A stretch of DNA of 64,000 nucleotides, from the NCBI GenBank assembly GCA_010909165.1, contig MU008163.1, forward strand, positions 620,001 through 684,000, written 5' to 3'. The notes under the pieces are model-generated. The model worked only from the letters and a program-made list of their open reading frames with translations, was not told where the DNA came from and ran no database searches. Positions within the stretch are counted from its first letter, which is position 1; each line of letters starts with the position of its first letter. The DNA comes from Anthoceros angustus. Lineage: Eukaryota; Plantae; Anthocerotophyta. This document shows, in pieces, positions 34,360-47,900 of the stretch. A program made the position numbers and the translations under genes.

Positions 34360-35212
34360 AAACAGCTTCCATTTCTGCCACCTCCTCAACAGGGAAGCTG
34401 ACATCCTCCTCCAACATTACTAGTTCCACGGTTGTCCGGCAAGATGGCGCTTCTCAGCAGAGAAAGCAGAGACTAAACACAAAGTTTGTAGCAACTGGTG
34501 ACTGGCGAACTTACCAGACATGGTTTCGCGGTAAAGGTCGATGAGAGTCGGGAATGCGGGCCCGATCGCTACATGGACTGCAAAGCAAATTTAGTAGGAG
34601 TAGTGACTGCATGAACTTCAACTGGGTAACAATCCCGCACCTTTTCCTGACAGGCAATACACTTCATGCCTCGCACACGTTTGGACTTGTCACCAAGCTG
34701 CTCTGTTTCTGGAAAAATTAATCGTTCACTGTATTGCTAATCTGCAGGCAGCTGAAATCTCACATGCATGGGCACGCCCTCCTCTGAAGAGCTGTACCGC
34801 CCCCTGTAACGGTTGCACACAGTTCCGTGACATTTCTGGGCCCTCTACAGGCATGTACAAAAGTGTGGGCAACCCAGCTTTGGGTACGGGGAAGGAGCTT
34901 CATGTGCACCTGCTGAACATGGACATGGAGCTTATGCATTTGTTGCCAGCACTTGGTAACATTGTATCCAAAGTACTGTTAAGTCTGCTCACGACTAACG
35001 GGTGATACACATACATATGTACTCTCACACACTCATAGGCCAGTATACACATACCGGCTCGTACAAACGTCATATAGGTATCTGTGCAGTTCCGGCTGAA
35101 GAGTTATGGCAAATACACATGAGGCTTCGATGCTATAATGGACATGAAAATGTACTTCAGTGATCCAAGCAGATGGACATATGCATACACATACAGGGAT
35201 CGACCTATGGTA

Positions 35213-35260
35213 AATCCGACAAGCAAGGAATCCGACAAGCAAGGAATCCGACAAGCAAGG
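35213..35260. repeat. 3 x 16-bp perfect tandem repeat
   Basis: aatccgacaagcaagg repeated three times. Confidence 0.95.
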
Positions 35261-35788
35261 GGCACAGCCATTCACATGGCTCCAAGGCCAGGGTGATGGG
35301 ACTATTTGTGTGCTTTCATCAATAGCAACAATCGGTTTAGGTGTGTGAGGAGATGCCTCGGGCACACTAAAGACAGGTATTGTAATCAAAACTCTATGGC
35401 AATCTACTCAGAGCAAGCCAAGAGCCTGCCTTTCTAGTCCACTGTTGAGACCATACCCTGTACACACAGCCTTTTCTTTCTCTACCTGGGTACCCAGCTA
35501 CAATCCCAAGGTTCCAGCACTATGTGAGAAACGCATAAAGAATCTTTGACTTCACACTACTAAAACCAAAGTAAAATAAATAAATACTACACTTCAAAAT
35601 AACTAAAATTTATTAATGATTTGATAAATGACATAGAATTTTGAGGTTTTTTATCTGAAATTATGTATAACCCTTTACAAGGGCTAAAATCTTATATTTT
35701 CTTTCCTATTTGATTGCCAATATTCTCAAAGCTATACCAATGAAACTGTAAACTTCCATTTATAATGCTAGAACTCGTCATTCTCATG

Positions 35789-38513
35789 TTACGGGGAAAT
35801 TAGCCCCTCATCACCTGGGCCTCCGTAATTCATCCATGTTTCATCCGAACTCTCCTCACCTCTATTATGGTACTGAATATCATATATTATAGGATTCTGT
35901 TGTTGGTGAACTTCTGGCCCAGTAATGAGATAAGTATTTAGAAGAACGTCCAAACGTGAATTGTCCATATCCACCATTGTTAAGTCTCTATGATATGCTC
36001 CATCGACAAAATTTCGGATTGCTGAAGCAAATTCCCCATTACCCATAACCATTGAGCTAGCCTCCACACCGTCTCTATCACGAACAACTTCTCCTCCAAA
36101 CTGCAAGATATTAGCAAATTTGGATAACCCACCATCTCCAAATAGAGTCTTTGGCCAATATCCAACTCCTTGGTTGTTTACATACAACATCCAATCTCCA
36201 TCTCTATCCTGTTCTACAGAAACTCTAAAATCCCTAGAACCGCTGTTGTCTTCGCTCAAAAGGTAACTTTGGTATCATTGGGCTCTCATTCATTCGAACA
36301 AACCCTGGACATAGAAAATTATAACATCCATCGGCATAGTCGCTTGACTGCATTGACAACACATTTCAAAATATGAGAACAAAATACTTCTGATTACCTT
36401 AAGTTTGGAGTTTGATTGAAAGAGTATGGAAGGAAACAATTACCGTCCAAAAAGTAAAAAAATGTGTTTTATCTTCATTTCCCGTACCTAAGTATAGATT
36501 TGGATAGACCTATCAAAAAACACAAGTGACACTCTAGAACACACTGATTATTCCAATTTAGACAAAAAATTAATCGACCCATACCACTTACGTGCCATCC
36601 AACTTCTATTGTTTGAGTGGTCTGATCATCGGTATTTCCAATCCACATTTGCCCCAATGAGAAATCACGATGATCATAAGATCTAACGACTGGTGGTTGA
36701 AAGACATTCATTGTTGAAGCTGCTCCAGTGGCTTTAGAATACTCTTCATCATTACGTCTCAACCAAATTACATCGCATGCCAAAGTCAAAGCAATTCATT
36801 ACCCATAACCATTGAGCTAGCCTCCACACCGTCTCTATCACGAACAACTTCTCCTCCAAACTGCAAGATATTAGCAAATTTGGATAACCCACCATCTCCA
36901 AATAGAGTCTTTGGCCAATATCCAACTCCTTGGTTGTTTACATACAACATCCAATCTCCATCTCTATCCTGTTCTACAGAAACTCTAAAATCCCTAGAAC
37001 CGTCAGTGTCTTCTGCTTCAAAAGGGTAACCTGGTATCATTGGGCTCTCATTCATTCGAACAAACCCTGGACATAGAAAATTATAACATCCATCGGCATA
37101 GTCGCTTGACTGCATTGACAACACATTTCAAAATATGAGAACAAAATACTTCTGATTACCTTAAGTTTGGAGTTTGATTGAAAGAGTATGGAAGGAAACA
37201 ATTACCGTCCAAAAAGTAAAAAAATGTGTTTTATCTTCATTTCCCGTACCTAAGTATAGATTTGGATAGACCTATCAAAAAACACAAGTGACACTCTAGA
37301 ACACACTGATTATTCCAATTTAGACAAAAAATTAATCGACCCATACCACTTACGTGCCATCCAACTTCTATTGTTTGAGTGGTCTGATCATCGGTATTTC
37401 CAATCCACATTTGCCCCAATGAGAAATCACGATGATCATAAGATCTAACGACTGGTTGAAAGACATTCATTGTTGAAGCTCCGGGCTTTAGAATACTCTT
37501 CATCATTACGTCTCAAATCCGAAATTACATCTGCATGCTGCCAAAGTCAGAAACAGTTAGCAATTCAATCTATTATTTATTTTAAAATATCAATATCAGT
37601 CCAAAATATTTCCTAAATTCATACATCCATCAATCAAGCATACTTACTCCCTCTCATAATTTATCAAAAAATATTTCAAGTATTTATATCTAACAATCTC
37701 TATGACAAAAAACATGAACAACTTTTCTTCATAGGTACTCAGTTCAGCAAACAAACCCAACGATCTGATGAAAATAAATCTAATATGGATTTGGAACCGT
37801 TGTTGAAATGAAAAGATCTCCGTTTAATAGAGCGCTCTCGTTCTAAATCAATTTGTTCTGGATTTATCACTCGTGCTATAGAGACACTTCCTTCAGGACA
37901 ATGTCCAACCTCTTTTTGAAACATAGTAGATATAGTCACGTTCAAGTGTATATTTCCAAAACCTTTTGAAAGCAATGAAGTGCTATTCTTAGGCCCTTTC
38001 TTCTGTGTATACAACATTACATTGAAAAATATTAGAACATATGTGTGCACGATATTTAGACAAATCTTGGGTCAAAGAGGAAAGTATGTAAATAGCATAG
38101 ATGATTCTAACCTCATAATCTTCCCTTAAGACAGGATCTTGGAAACTGAGTTGATCTTCAAATTTTATACAATCAATAATACTGCCATCTGAAAGCTGTC
38201 ATAGAAATTATCATACAAAAAGCAACCAAAAAAAAAGTATGGACTCCCATCACTACCATTACCTCAACCAATATGCAACAAGGACAATGTCAACAAAGAG
38301 AGACATAAAATAAGAACAAAAACAATATGTCCATACTGTATAAGACTTCACAAATGGTCGATTGATAGCATGCATAACCCTGGGAAGATTTTCAAAAGAT
38401 AAAACTTGTTTTCCTGAAATCTTGAAATTACTCCTATGATAATTATTAAAAAATAATAAAAATACTGATAATATGAAAAAGGAAGATATTATTGGCGCCA
38501 ACCATGACGCCAT
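35789..38513 (-). CDS. Neprosin-family (DUF239) secreted glutamic/prolyl endopeptidase with activation peptide; carries an internal 760-bp duplication and indels (pseudogene or assembly error)
   Basis: Signal peptide MASWLAPIISSFFILSVFLLFF (ATG 38513); DGSIIDCIKFEDQ; CPEGSVSIAR; QTIEVGWH|VYPNLY..THFFTFWT; DGCYNFLCPGFV; DGDWMLY..VGYWPKTLF; FGGEV; YGGPG before the stop at 35789. Confidence 0.82.
36037..37556. repeat. Tandem duplication of ~760 bp covering neprosin exons 4-6
   Basis: cattacccataaccattgagctagcctcc starts at both 36037 and 36797. The copies are collinear including introns and differ mainly by small indels. Confidence 0.92.
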
Positions 38514-39127
38514 GACTGAATTGGTGTTGAAAATTTGACCTCCTTTCCTTTTCTCAAAAAGAATAAGATATGTAAGATAACATTCAGAAAGACCATGCCT
38601 ACATATATAGAGAAAACCATGAAGAACATCGAAGATAGATCTCGAGAACATAATATTAAGTAAAACTTTTACTTTAATTAAAATTATTTGATGATTCTAA
38701 AGTAAATTAAATAGTTATAAATTAAATATATCATTAAATATTCAATATTCAGAACTTTGGTTTAGAACTTCAGGAATTATGGCTGAGAACTCAATAATAC
38801 TTTTTCTCAACACTCCATGAATTCCATCTAGCCAAAACACGGATAGGACACATAGCAATGCAACGTTGATTATGTGGTTCATCTAAGATCTGGATTTTGC
38901 CCAAAGACAAGAACTTAATAATACCTCAATATTAACTCAAGTCTCCTATTTTGTTTGTGACAACTACCTGTATGTGTGTTAACATAGGTACCATCAAGGT
39001 TCCAGCAACAACAACACAAACGATGCTTGCATACATCGTATCATGGCAAAGCAACTCTCGTTTTCCGAGGTCTTATGGATTTGGGGTTAGGGTTTATCTC
39101 GATTGTAAATGAACCAAAAAAAAGGGG

Positions 39128-39148
39128 TTTAGGGTTTAGGGTTTAGGG
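39128..39148 (+). repeat. Interstitial plant telomeric repeat (TTTAGGG)3 with degenerate flanking copies
   Basis: tttagggtttagggtttaggg at 39128-39148, with variants ggggttagggttta (~39086) and tttaagggtttagga (~39165). Confidence 0.85.
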
Positions 39149-39229
39149 TCTTAGGTGTTGAGAGTTTAAGGGTTTAGGATTTGAACCTTTTCTAGAAAGT
39201 TATAATAGCCATTGGCACAATATTTTGAC

Positions 39230-39965
39230 TATCATTTACACATTTCCAAATATGAGAACAAAAAGCCTACGATTCATAATTCAAGATTGGAGTTTGATGG
39301 AAAGAGCTAACGGATCAAATGACTTATCGTCATAAAAAATGTGGTTTATCTTCATTCCTGTACCATGATACATATAGAGAATACAGACTTAGAAATGCAC
39401 TTATAAGATGAAAAGCAACACAAGATTTTATACTACATACATGCCATCTCACTTTGATTGTTGGAGGGTTCCCTCTATTATTATATGCGATCTACATATG
39501 TCCTAATGAATGATGTTGGAGATCATAAGATCTAACAAGTGGTGGTTGATATGCATTCATTGTTGTAGCTGTTTTAGTGCATTTTGAAAAGTTTTTCCCT
39601 ATATTTTTTCTCACATCCGAAGGTGCAAGTGCATGCTATGAAAGTCAAAGCCTATAAGCGAGTCTATCCAGTATATATATATATATATTTAATGTTACTA
39701 TAAGTTCATATGTTTCCTGAATCCATGTATCCATCAATGTGCCTATGTATCCAAGATAATTTTTTAAATATTACTATAAGTTCATTTGTTTAGTGAATCC
39801 ATATATCCATCAATGTGTTTGTCTACATATTGAGCATTCCTACTCTCTCTGTTTCGAAATCTTGCCAAAAGCAAGGTATAGATATATAGTTACTACTCTT
39901 TCTACCAAAGAACATAAAAACCTTTTTACATAGGTATTTAGTTCAGAAAAAAAAACTCAACGATC
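39230..39965 (-). pseudogene. Diverged neprosin paralog relic (exon 3 end to exon 5)
   Basis: HAL..DVRK..TMNAYQPPLVRSYDLQHHSLGHM*I..TIKVRWH aligns with exon 4 of the neighbouring gene and has TAG in place of TGG. Intron and exon-end sequence at ~39930-39965 resembles 37720-37770, and 39240-39360 resembles 37125-37240. Confidence 0.75.
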
Positions 39966-39966
39966 T

Positions 39967-40114
39967 GCTGGATATTAACATGTTTGGAGGTTCGGGCACC
40001 CAGCTGGATATTAACATGTTTGGAGGTTCGGGCACCCAGCTGGATATTAACATGTTTGGAGGTTCGGGCACCCAGCTGGATATTAACATGTTTGGAGGTT
40101 CGGGCACCCAGCTG
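39967..40114. repeat. Minisatellite, 4 perfect copies of a 36-bp unit
   Basis: gctggatattaacatgtttggaggttcgggcaccca at 39967, 40003, 40039 and 40075, followed by gctg. There are no spacers. Confidence 0.97.
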
Positions 40115-41153
40115 CAAACCGTAACAAAGGCATGAAAATTGTTATATGGAGGTTCAAGTGTGATATAAAAAATCGTAAAATCAGCACCCTATTTGTATTA
40201 GTTGCTTAGTGGAGGCAAGTAAATGCCACCCTATTTGTATTAGTGCTTAGTGAAGACGAGTAAATGCCTAGTTGACACCTGCATCGGCTTGAGCTCAAAA
40301 CTTGAGATGGCTTTGATAGCATCTCTTTCCGAAGAGTCTTGACGACCTGGGTCATCCTACACAAACAAGTAGCCCTGGAATAAGGCAATCATGCGAAAAA
40401 GTCTAGACTATAAAGCTCCTTCCTCCAGCACATGCACTCGAGCTACAACAACAACACTGAAAAGCTTCAAGACTTGGTTTGCAGTCCTCAATGCTCGCAG
40501 CACTTGGATTATAAATTTATATGGATATTACTATATACTAGTCCAGGCAACTCTAGCAAATTTGGGAGGTCCACTAGGTGTTAATGAAGCGAACAAGATG
40601 GGTTTTATAGGGAACGATCATAGGTGAGAGTAATTGGTGGAATGTGATAGCTCCTGACATACTCACAAATCTGTTCAAAATGACTTAGATTAATTTATAT
40701 TGATTAAAAATAATTAATATTAGTACTATTAATATTATATTATGATTGATAATAATAATATTATTGATATTAAATTCGTAGTATCGAGATTATGCCAAGT
40801 TTAGAGACTATATATGTAGTGCTCAGTGAGGCTAATATATTCAGATTTCTATGTAAGTGTTGTCTACTATTGTCTGTATTTGTATGTTTGCACTCTAAGT
40901 GTTTTGATTGGACATAGCTTTAGAGTCCATGTTTTTTATAACAAGGCCTCAACATCAACATAGACATATATGTTGAGTACTGCTGCATTGAGTCCGAGCC
41001 GTTGATGCTGATACATATGGTGGTGCTTCTTTGATTTGCGTTGTGCTTCAGTGATCACGCTTCCGGAGAAGCGCAAAGGAGGCCCGTGCACCGCATTCCA
41101 GCGTGCAAGCAGTCCAGTCCTGTAGTGTTTCGTTGATCTGTGCAGCTGCGACC

Positions 41154-43497
41154 ATGGTTTGCTGTTTTGTTGCGATGCTGAGCCTGGGGATGTGGGTCGC
41201 GCTGCTCCTGGGTCTGCCGATGCTACTGTTCGCGGGAGTCTTCTTCTACTCCAGTTCCCTTCAGGCGAAGAGAACCCATGGCGAAGGCCGGGCGCCGCTT
41301 CCTGCCGGCAGGTTCTGGCAGATACCTATCGTGGGCGAAACCGTGGAATTCCTGAGTGGTCATCCCGACAGTTTCATGTTTCCTCGGATCCACAAGTGCG
41401 TTCTCCTTCTGCCATTCTGGTCCTAGATGTGCGGCGGATAAATACTCAGTTCTGTCGTAGCATTGCTGTTTGTGACACGAGTTGGTGTTGGTATGTGGTG
41501 TGCAGGTACGGGAAGAATTTCCGGACTCATCTGTTTGGGCGTCCCGCGGTGTGCGTCACCACCGTGGAGGCAACCAGGTTCGTGCTGCAGCACCCCGAGC
41601 TGTTCGCCCCCAATTACCCGGCGTCTCAGCACGAAATCATGGGCTCGGATGCCATCAGCCAGGTAGACGGGAATATGCACACCTTGTACCGGAAGTTCAT
41701 CAGATCCCGGCTCACCACGAGTGGGCTCAAGTACATCGCAGCCCATGTCGATGAAGCTGCTAGGATGTGGGTTGCTGGCTTGTCGGAAAAGGAGCAGATC
41801 GAAACTGCCAAAGCGCTGAAAGAAGTAAGTGGTGCGGAGCTGGCATTGCTTGTTGCAGGGATTCATGATCATGTCTCTAAGAGCTAGGATTGATATCTAT
41901 GCAGTTCACCTTCAACGTGGCCATCCGGTTCATGTGCGAGGACTTGGAACCCAGTGAGGAGTTGGATGCGTTCCGAGCGAACGCGGCTCTGCTGGAACAT
42001 GCACTCATGGTGATTCCGCTCAGGATTCCCGGGAGTGCTTGGACCAAGGCTGTCGAGGTACCTGCTGCTTAGCACTTTCACTTTAGATGCATCTTGTACA
42101 TACACTGCGTAAAGCATCATGAGTAGCTCAAAGTTGAAAGCACTGATATCCATGTGATCGATCGGATTCCCATTGTTCAGGGATCTGTGAAAGCCATGGG
42201 ATATCTGCAACAGGTCCTGAACAAGAGACGTGCTGCAGCCGGTCTGGTGGAGCATCATGATCTGCTGGATGAAATGCTTAAAAGTGGATCATTGCTTACT
42301 GACAAACAGATCAGGGAGAACATTTTTGCGGTTTTGTTTGCAGCCCATGATACGACCACATGTACAATCATGTGGGTTCTGTACAACATGTGTCTCTACC
42401 CTGAGTATGCACAGAAAGTCAAGGTATGTACGCTGCTCACATCATGCATATAGGTGTTTCTTTTTTCTTCCAATGTCATCAAAGAGTTGCTGCACCGCGC
42501 GTGCAGGATGAACATGAAAAACTTGCGAGGAAGCGATCTCCAGATGATCCGATAAACTGGGAGGAAATCAGTGCTTCTCTTCCTTACTCCTCTCGGGTGC
42601 GCTGTTTTCCATTTGCAAGCTGGTTCCTGACTTGAACTTAGTTATAGACTGACACTGTCAAGAGAGCACAAGTACTTGCAGCATGGATGTTGTCCTGCAT
42701 TTCAACTAAAACCTGGGGTGGAGTGTATAAATTCAATTGTTCCAGTTTCTGCAAGAGACTCTCAGGCTAGCAAACGTGGCAAATTTCAGTCCCAGAAAAG
42801 CCAGAGAAGACGTCGTGGTGGATGGTAAGTGATGCCTGACCAGCCCTCTGGAAATCTGCACTAGTTCGGTTCCGGATATCTGACGACTTGCGCTGTCCAC
42901 TCACTGCAGGTATATTCATCCCCAAAAACTGGTCGGTGATTGCCTGGTACCGCTACTTCCATCTTGACCCAGAAGTGTACCCTGATCCTTGGACATTCGA
43001 CCCCTCCCGATTTGAGGTACTTGGAAGCTGATCATGAACCTTTCCAGCCAATTGCGACCAATTGCGATGGATTCGTGAGCGCTAGCATTCAGGAAACATA
43101 TGTTGATGCTGCTGCCTGTAATGTTTCAGACCATTCCAAAGTTCAACAGCTTCACACCCTTTGGGAACGGAAATCGAGTGTGTCCTGGCAAGGACCTGGC
43201 TAGGCAGCAAGTTCTCATCTTCCTCCATCGCTTCCTGCTTGCGTACGAGTAAGAGACAGACCCCTGAAAATGAGTCACTTCCACAATTTCTGCCTGCAGT
43301 TAACCAGGACAAGTCTCTTAGCTGAGTTACGCTTCAGCTTGTGCTTCCTAGTATCGTGAATGTTGTACATGTGTGCATGCAGCTTTGAGCCCGCGGCAGT
43401 GATTCCATGCCCTAGACAGCGTTTCTGGCCGATTCCTTACCCATCAGACGGATTTCCACTCAAGCTCATCAAGAAGGAGACACCGACCCTCACATGA
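41154..43497 (+). CDS. Cytochrome P450, CYP85 clan (CYP707-like), apparently intact, 9 exons
   Basis: N-terminal membrane anchor; PIVGETVEFL; YGKNFRTHLFGRP; I-helix VLFAAHDTT; ETLR (ExxR); FDPSRFE; heme motif FGNGNRVCPG; C-terminal WPIPYPSDGFPLKL; stop at 43495-43497. All introns I checked are GT-AG. Confidence 0.92.
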
Positions 43498-44964
43498 TCT
43501 TCAGAAAATCCCATCACTAAGGTTCCCGCAAATTTTATTTGTAGCTGGGCAATTTGCTGTTTAAGCAACTTTTTTGCTTGCAACTAGTCTATGAAGTGCT
43601 CTTGTTCAATGAGTATGTTCTGCCCCGATCGTTCATGTCACAAACAAACATGATCTCCACCTCTGTGTGTATGGATGGTTGCTGTGCAATTTGAGATCCC
43701 TGATGCAATGGTCTGGCGTGGTGTCCTGTCCAATGCCATAACTTAAAAATCATCCATAGAGTAGGTAGGATTCTTACAATGCTACTTTGCTGTCTTTTTA
43801 GGATAAACAAGTGGACACTCCTATGCTCTCCTTGGAAATTCTTCATAAGTACATGAATCACACTAACGTTTTAAGTCTTGGTACTAACTATTAGTCTTGG
43901 TACCCACTATTCTAAACTCAATGGATCGTACCGTCCTGAACTTGAGTTTGCATAGTTATATTGAATTGAATATCTAACTCAGGCTGACTTGTCATACCCA
44001 ATTTTTTTTCCTGCCTTCGACGAGTGACCTCCATCCTAGGGGTTACTTCAAAGTTAAAAAGCTCCTAGTGCGGGACAACGATGTATACTTGGAAAGATCT
44101 ATATAAAGTTTCCGAATTCTAAAAAACGAAACAAAGTCGGTAGGATTTGCACCTCTACCGACGCCTTCATTCTCAACGGTCGCCTGGCTTCGAGTTTCAA
44201 TGCTTGGGAGTTTGAATGCTCGGACAGAACACAATATTCATTAACTTGAATTCCAATCAACTCCCGAGCTAAGTTGGATGCCCAGGACAGCACTTTACTC
44301 ATACATTCATCACGAGGCCTTCAGGTCCATCAAATCGCGAACCGTCATGAGCTTGCGGTTCGAAAGGCATCCTAGAACCTGGTTAAGCTTTAGAGATTTA
44401 TCATCAAGCGCCATGAAACTTCCAACGTGTTCTAAAGGAGGTCCGTATGAGTGGGAGTGAACCAAGTTACAATCAGCCCCCTCCACAGCGCGCACCTCTG
44501 TATAGGGGACAGGGAGCCATACATATGTACATAAAACGTACATGGGATCTTGCAGTGTGTGTGCGCAATTGAAATGAAGGGCAGCGAGGGCGTGCGAATA
44601 AAGGCCACTCAGCAGCAATGAAGCCACGGTACCGCGTGATAGCAGCAGGGGACCGAAATATGGATGCACTTGGGCGCTGCTCATGGCCCGATACCGTCAT
44701 CTTGTGTATGGATGCTTGTGGTACAATCTGGTGCCTCGGTGCAATGGATCGGCGTGCTGTCCTGTCCAGGGCGATCGTTTTAAATCTTCCATGAAGGCGT
44801 GGCCCGCGTAGCCTGTCCCAATCTGTGTGCGCTGGCTACAGACGTCTCCGCGGCTTGATGATTCCCCACCCCGCTCCAGATGCCCGCTGTGCAGTCCAGA
44901 GCAGGTAGGTGGCTAAGACGTTCGAGCGCGCCTAGACTCGTCTCACGTCCGTGCCCTGCTCTGC

Positions 44965-47900
44965 TCTGCGCTGCCCTGCCCTGCCCTACCCTGCCCTGCC
45001 GCCGGGGTCCCCCCCTCTTTCTTCCCCACTCTGTCCGCCCGCTCACCCTCCCGCGTTGTGTAGATGTCCAGCCCGCCCCCCTAGCCTTCTGGTGCTGTAG
45101 GCGCCTCACGCTGCCTTGCCTTACTAGCTCCAGCTGTTCCTCTCCGCTGCCAGTACCCGTTTGTATGGAGCATGGCTTGGCTGCCGAGCGAGGGTAACGT
45201 GGCAGGGCCGCTTGCTTGAAGCTGCTACTGTGAGTGGTAGCTCGAGATTTAGCTTGTGTTAATCCACCACGACTCCATAGGGAGCTTCTCCCGTCCACGC
45301 TTTGCAGCCTTCAGCCTTTTGCTGCTGCCTGTCTGCGAGGTAAGCTCCCGATCTGCCCTGGATATTTCTGTGTTTCTTTTATGTGGTAAGCTGTCGCTGT
45401 GTAGCCTAGAGCTACAATGCATGAAACTCGCGCGCACACCCGTGTAGGGTTTGGATGCAGCGGTGACGCTTGTGTTTGTTTAGCGGAACGCGGCGATGCT
45501 TGTGTCTGTTGGCCTTTCGGTCGTGTTTGTTTGTTTTTGTGCTGCGGCGGCTGGCCTGTTGGCCTTTCGGTCGTGTTTGTTTGTTTTTGTGCTGCGGCGG
45601 CTGGCCATATCGTACCCATTTGCGTTTTTGCACACCGTTGCTTGCAAAGCCTGCCTTTGCTGGTTATGGTGCTGACATCTGTTACCTAAGAGACGTGTGT
45701 GGGTGGGTACATTTGTTTCAGGTACGTGTGATGGAGTGGAGCGCTATCCTACCCTACCCTGCCGCCGGGTCTTCCGCCCGCTCGCCCTCTCGCGTTGTGT
45801 GGATCTGCAGCCCGCCCCGCCCCTAGTGTCCTGGTGCTGTAGGCACCTCACGCTGCCTTGCCTTGCTAGCGCTAACTGTTCCTCCGCTGCCAGTACCCGT
45901 TTGTATGGAGCATGGCTTGGCTGCCGAGCGAGGGTAACGTGGCAGGGCCGCTTGCTTGAAGCTGCTACTGTGAGTGGTAGCTCGAGATTTAGCTTGTGTT
46001 AATCCACCACGACTCCATAGGGAGCTTCTCCCGTCCACGCTTTGCAGCCTTCAGCCTTTTGCTGCTGCCTGTCTGCGAGGTAAGCTCCCGATCTGCCCTG
46101 GATATTTCTGTGTTTCTTTTATGGTAAGCTGTCGCTGTAGCCTAGAGCTACAATGCATGAAACTCGCGCGCACACCCGTGTAGGGTTTGGATGCAGCGGT
46201 GACGCTTGTGTTTGTTTAGCGGAACGCGGCGATGCTTGTGTCTGTTGGCCTTTCGGTCGTGTTTGTTTGTTTTGTGCTGCGGCGGCTGGCCTGTTGGCCT
46301 TTCGGTCGTGTTTGTTTGTTTTGTGCTGCGGCGGCTGGCCATATCGTACCCATTTGCGTTTTTGCACACCGTTGCTTGCAAAGCCTGCCTTTGCTGGTTA
46401 TGGTGCTGACATCTGTTACCTAAGAGACGTGTGTGGTGGGTACATTTGTTTCAGGTACGTGTGATGGAGTGGAGCGCTATCCTACCCTACCCTGCCGCCG
46501 GGGTCTTCCGCCCGCTCGCCCTCTCGCGTTGTGTGGATCTGCAGCCCGCCCCGCCCCTAGCCTTCTGGTGCTGTAGGCGCCTCACGCTGCCTGCCTTACT
46601 AGCTCCAGCTGTTCCTCTCCGCTGCCAGTACCCGTTTGTATGGAGCATGGCTTGCCGAGCGAGGGTAACGTGGCAGGGCCGCTTGCTTGAAGCTGCTACT
46701 GTGAGTGGTAGCTCGAGATTTAGCTTGTGTTAATCCACCACGACTCCATAGGGAGCTTCTCCCGTCCACGCTTTGCAGCCTTCAGCCTTTTGCTGCTGCC
46801 TGTCTGCGAGGTAAGCTCCCGATCTGCCCTGGATATTTCTGTGTTTCTTTTATGGTAAGCTGTCGCTGTGTAGCCTAGAGCTACAATGCATGAAACTCGC
46901 GCGCACACCCGTGTAGGGTTTGGATGCAGCGGTGACGCTTGTGTTTGTTTAGCGGAACGCGGCGATGCTTGTGTCTGTTGGCCTTTCGGTCGTGTTTGTT
47001 TGTTTTGTGCTGCGGCGGCTGGCCTGTTGGCCTTTCGGTCGTGTTTGTTTGTTTTGTGCTGCGGCGGCTGGCCATATCGTACCCATTTGCGTTTTTGCAC
47101 ACCGTTGCTTGCAAAGCCTGCCTTTGCTGGTTATGGTGCTGACATCTGTTACCTAAGAGACGTGTGTGGGTGGGTACATTTGTTTCAGGTACGTGTGATG
47201 GAGTGGAGCGCTATCCTACCCTACCCTGCCGCCGGGGTCTTCCGCCCGCTCGCCCTCTCGCGTTGTGTGGATCTGCAGCCCGCCCCGCCCTAGTGTCCTG
47301 GTGCTGTAGGCACCTCACGCTGCCTTGCCTTGCTAGCGCTAACTGTTCCTCCGCTGCCAGTACCCGTTTGTATGGAGCATGGCTTGGCTGCCGAGCGAGG
47401 GTAACGTGGCAGGGCCGCTTGCTTGAAGCTGCTACTGTGAGTGGTAGCTCGAGATTTAGCTTGTGTTAATCCACCACGACTCCATAGGGAGCTTCTCCCG
47501 TCCACGCTTTGCAGCCTTCAGCCTTTTGCTGCTGCCTGTCTGCGAGGTAAGCTCCCGATCTGCCCTGGATATTTCTGTGTTTCTTTTATGGTAAGCTGTC
47601 GCTGTAGCCTAGAGCTACAATGCATGAAACTCGCGCGCACACCCGTGTAGGGTTTGGATGCAGCGGTGACGCTTGTGTTTGTTTAGCGGAACGCGGCGAT
47701 GCTTGTGTCTGTTGGCCTTTCGGTCGTGTTTGTTTGTTTTGTGCTGCGGCGGCTGGCCTGTTGGCCTTTCGGTCGTGTTTGTTTGTTTTGTGCTGCGGCG
47801 GCTGGCCATATCGTACCCATTTGCGTTTTTGCACACCGTTGCTTGCAAAGCCTGCCTTTGCTGGTTATGGTGCTGACATCTGTTACCTAAGAGACGTGTG

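Noticed and set aside
35033-35560. Possible solo LTR or small ORF between CRWN and neprosin
   Set aside because: No TG..CA boundaries with a TSD and no PBS or PPT; the peptide looks non-coding.
39967-40114. 36-bp repeats as a CRISPR array
   Set aside because: The units are directly adjacent with no spacers, there are no cas genes, and the context is eukaryotic.
44043-44700. Minus-strand ORFs of 63-124 aa as a gene
   Set aside because: No recognisable domain or consistent splice pattern.
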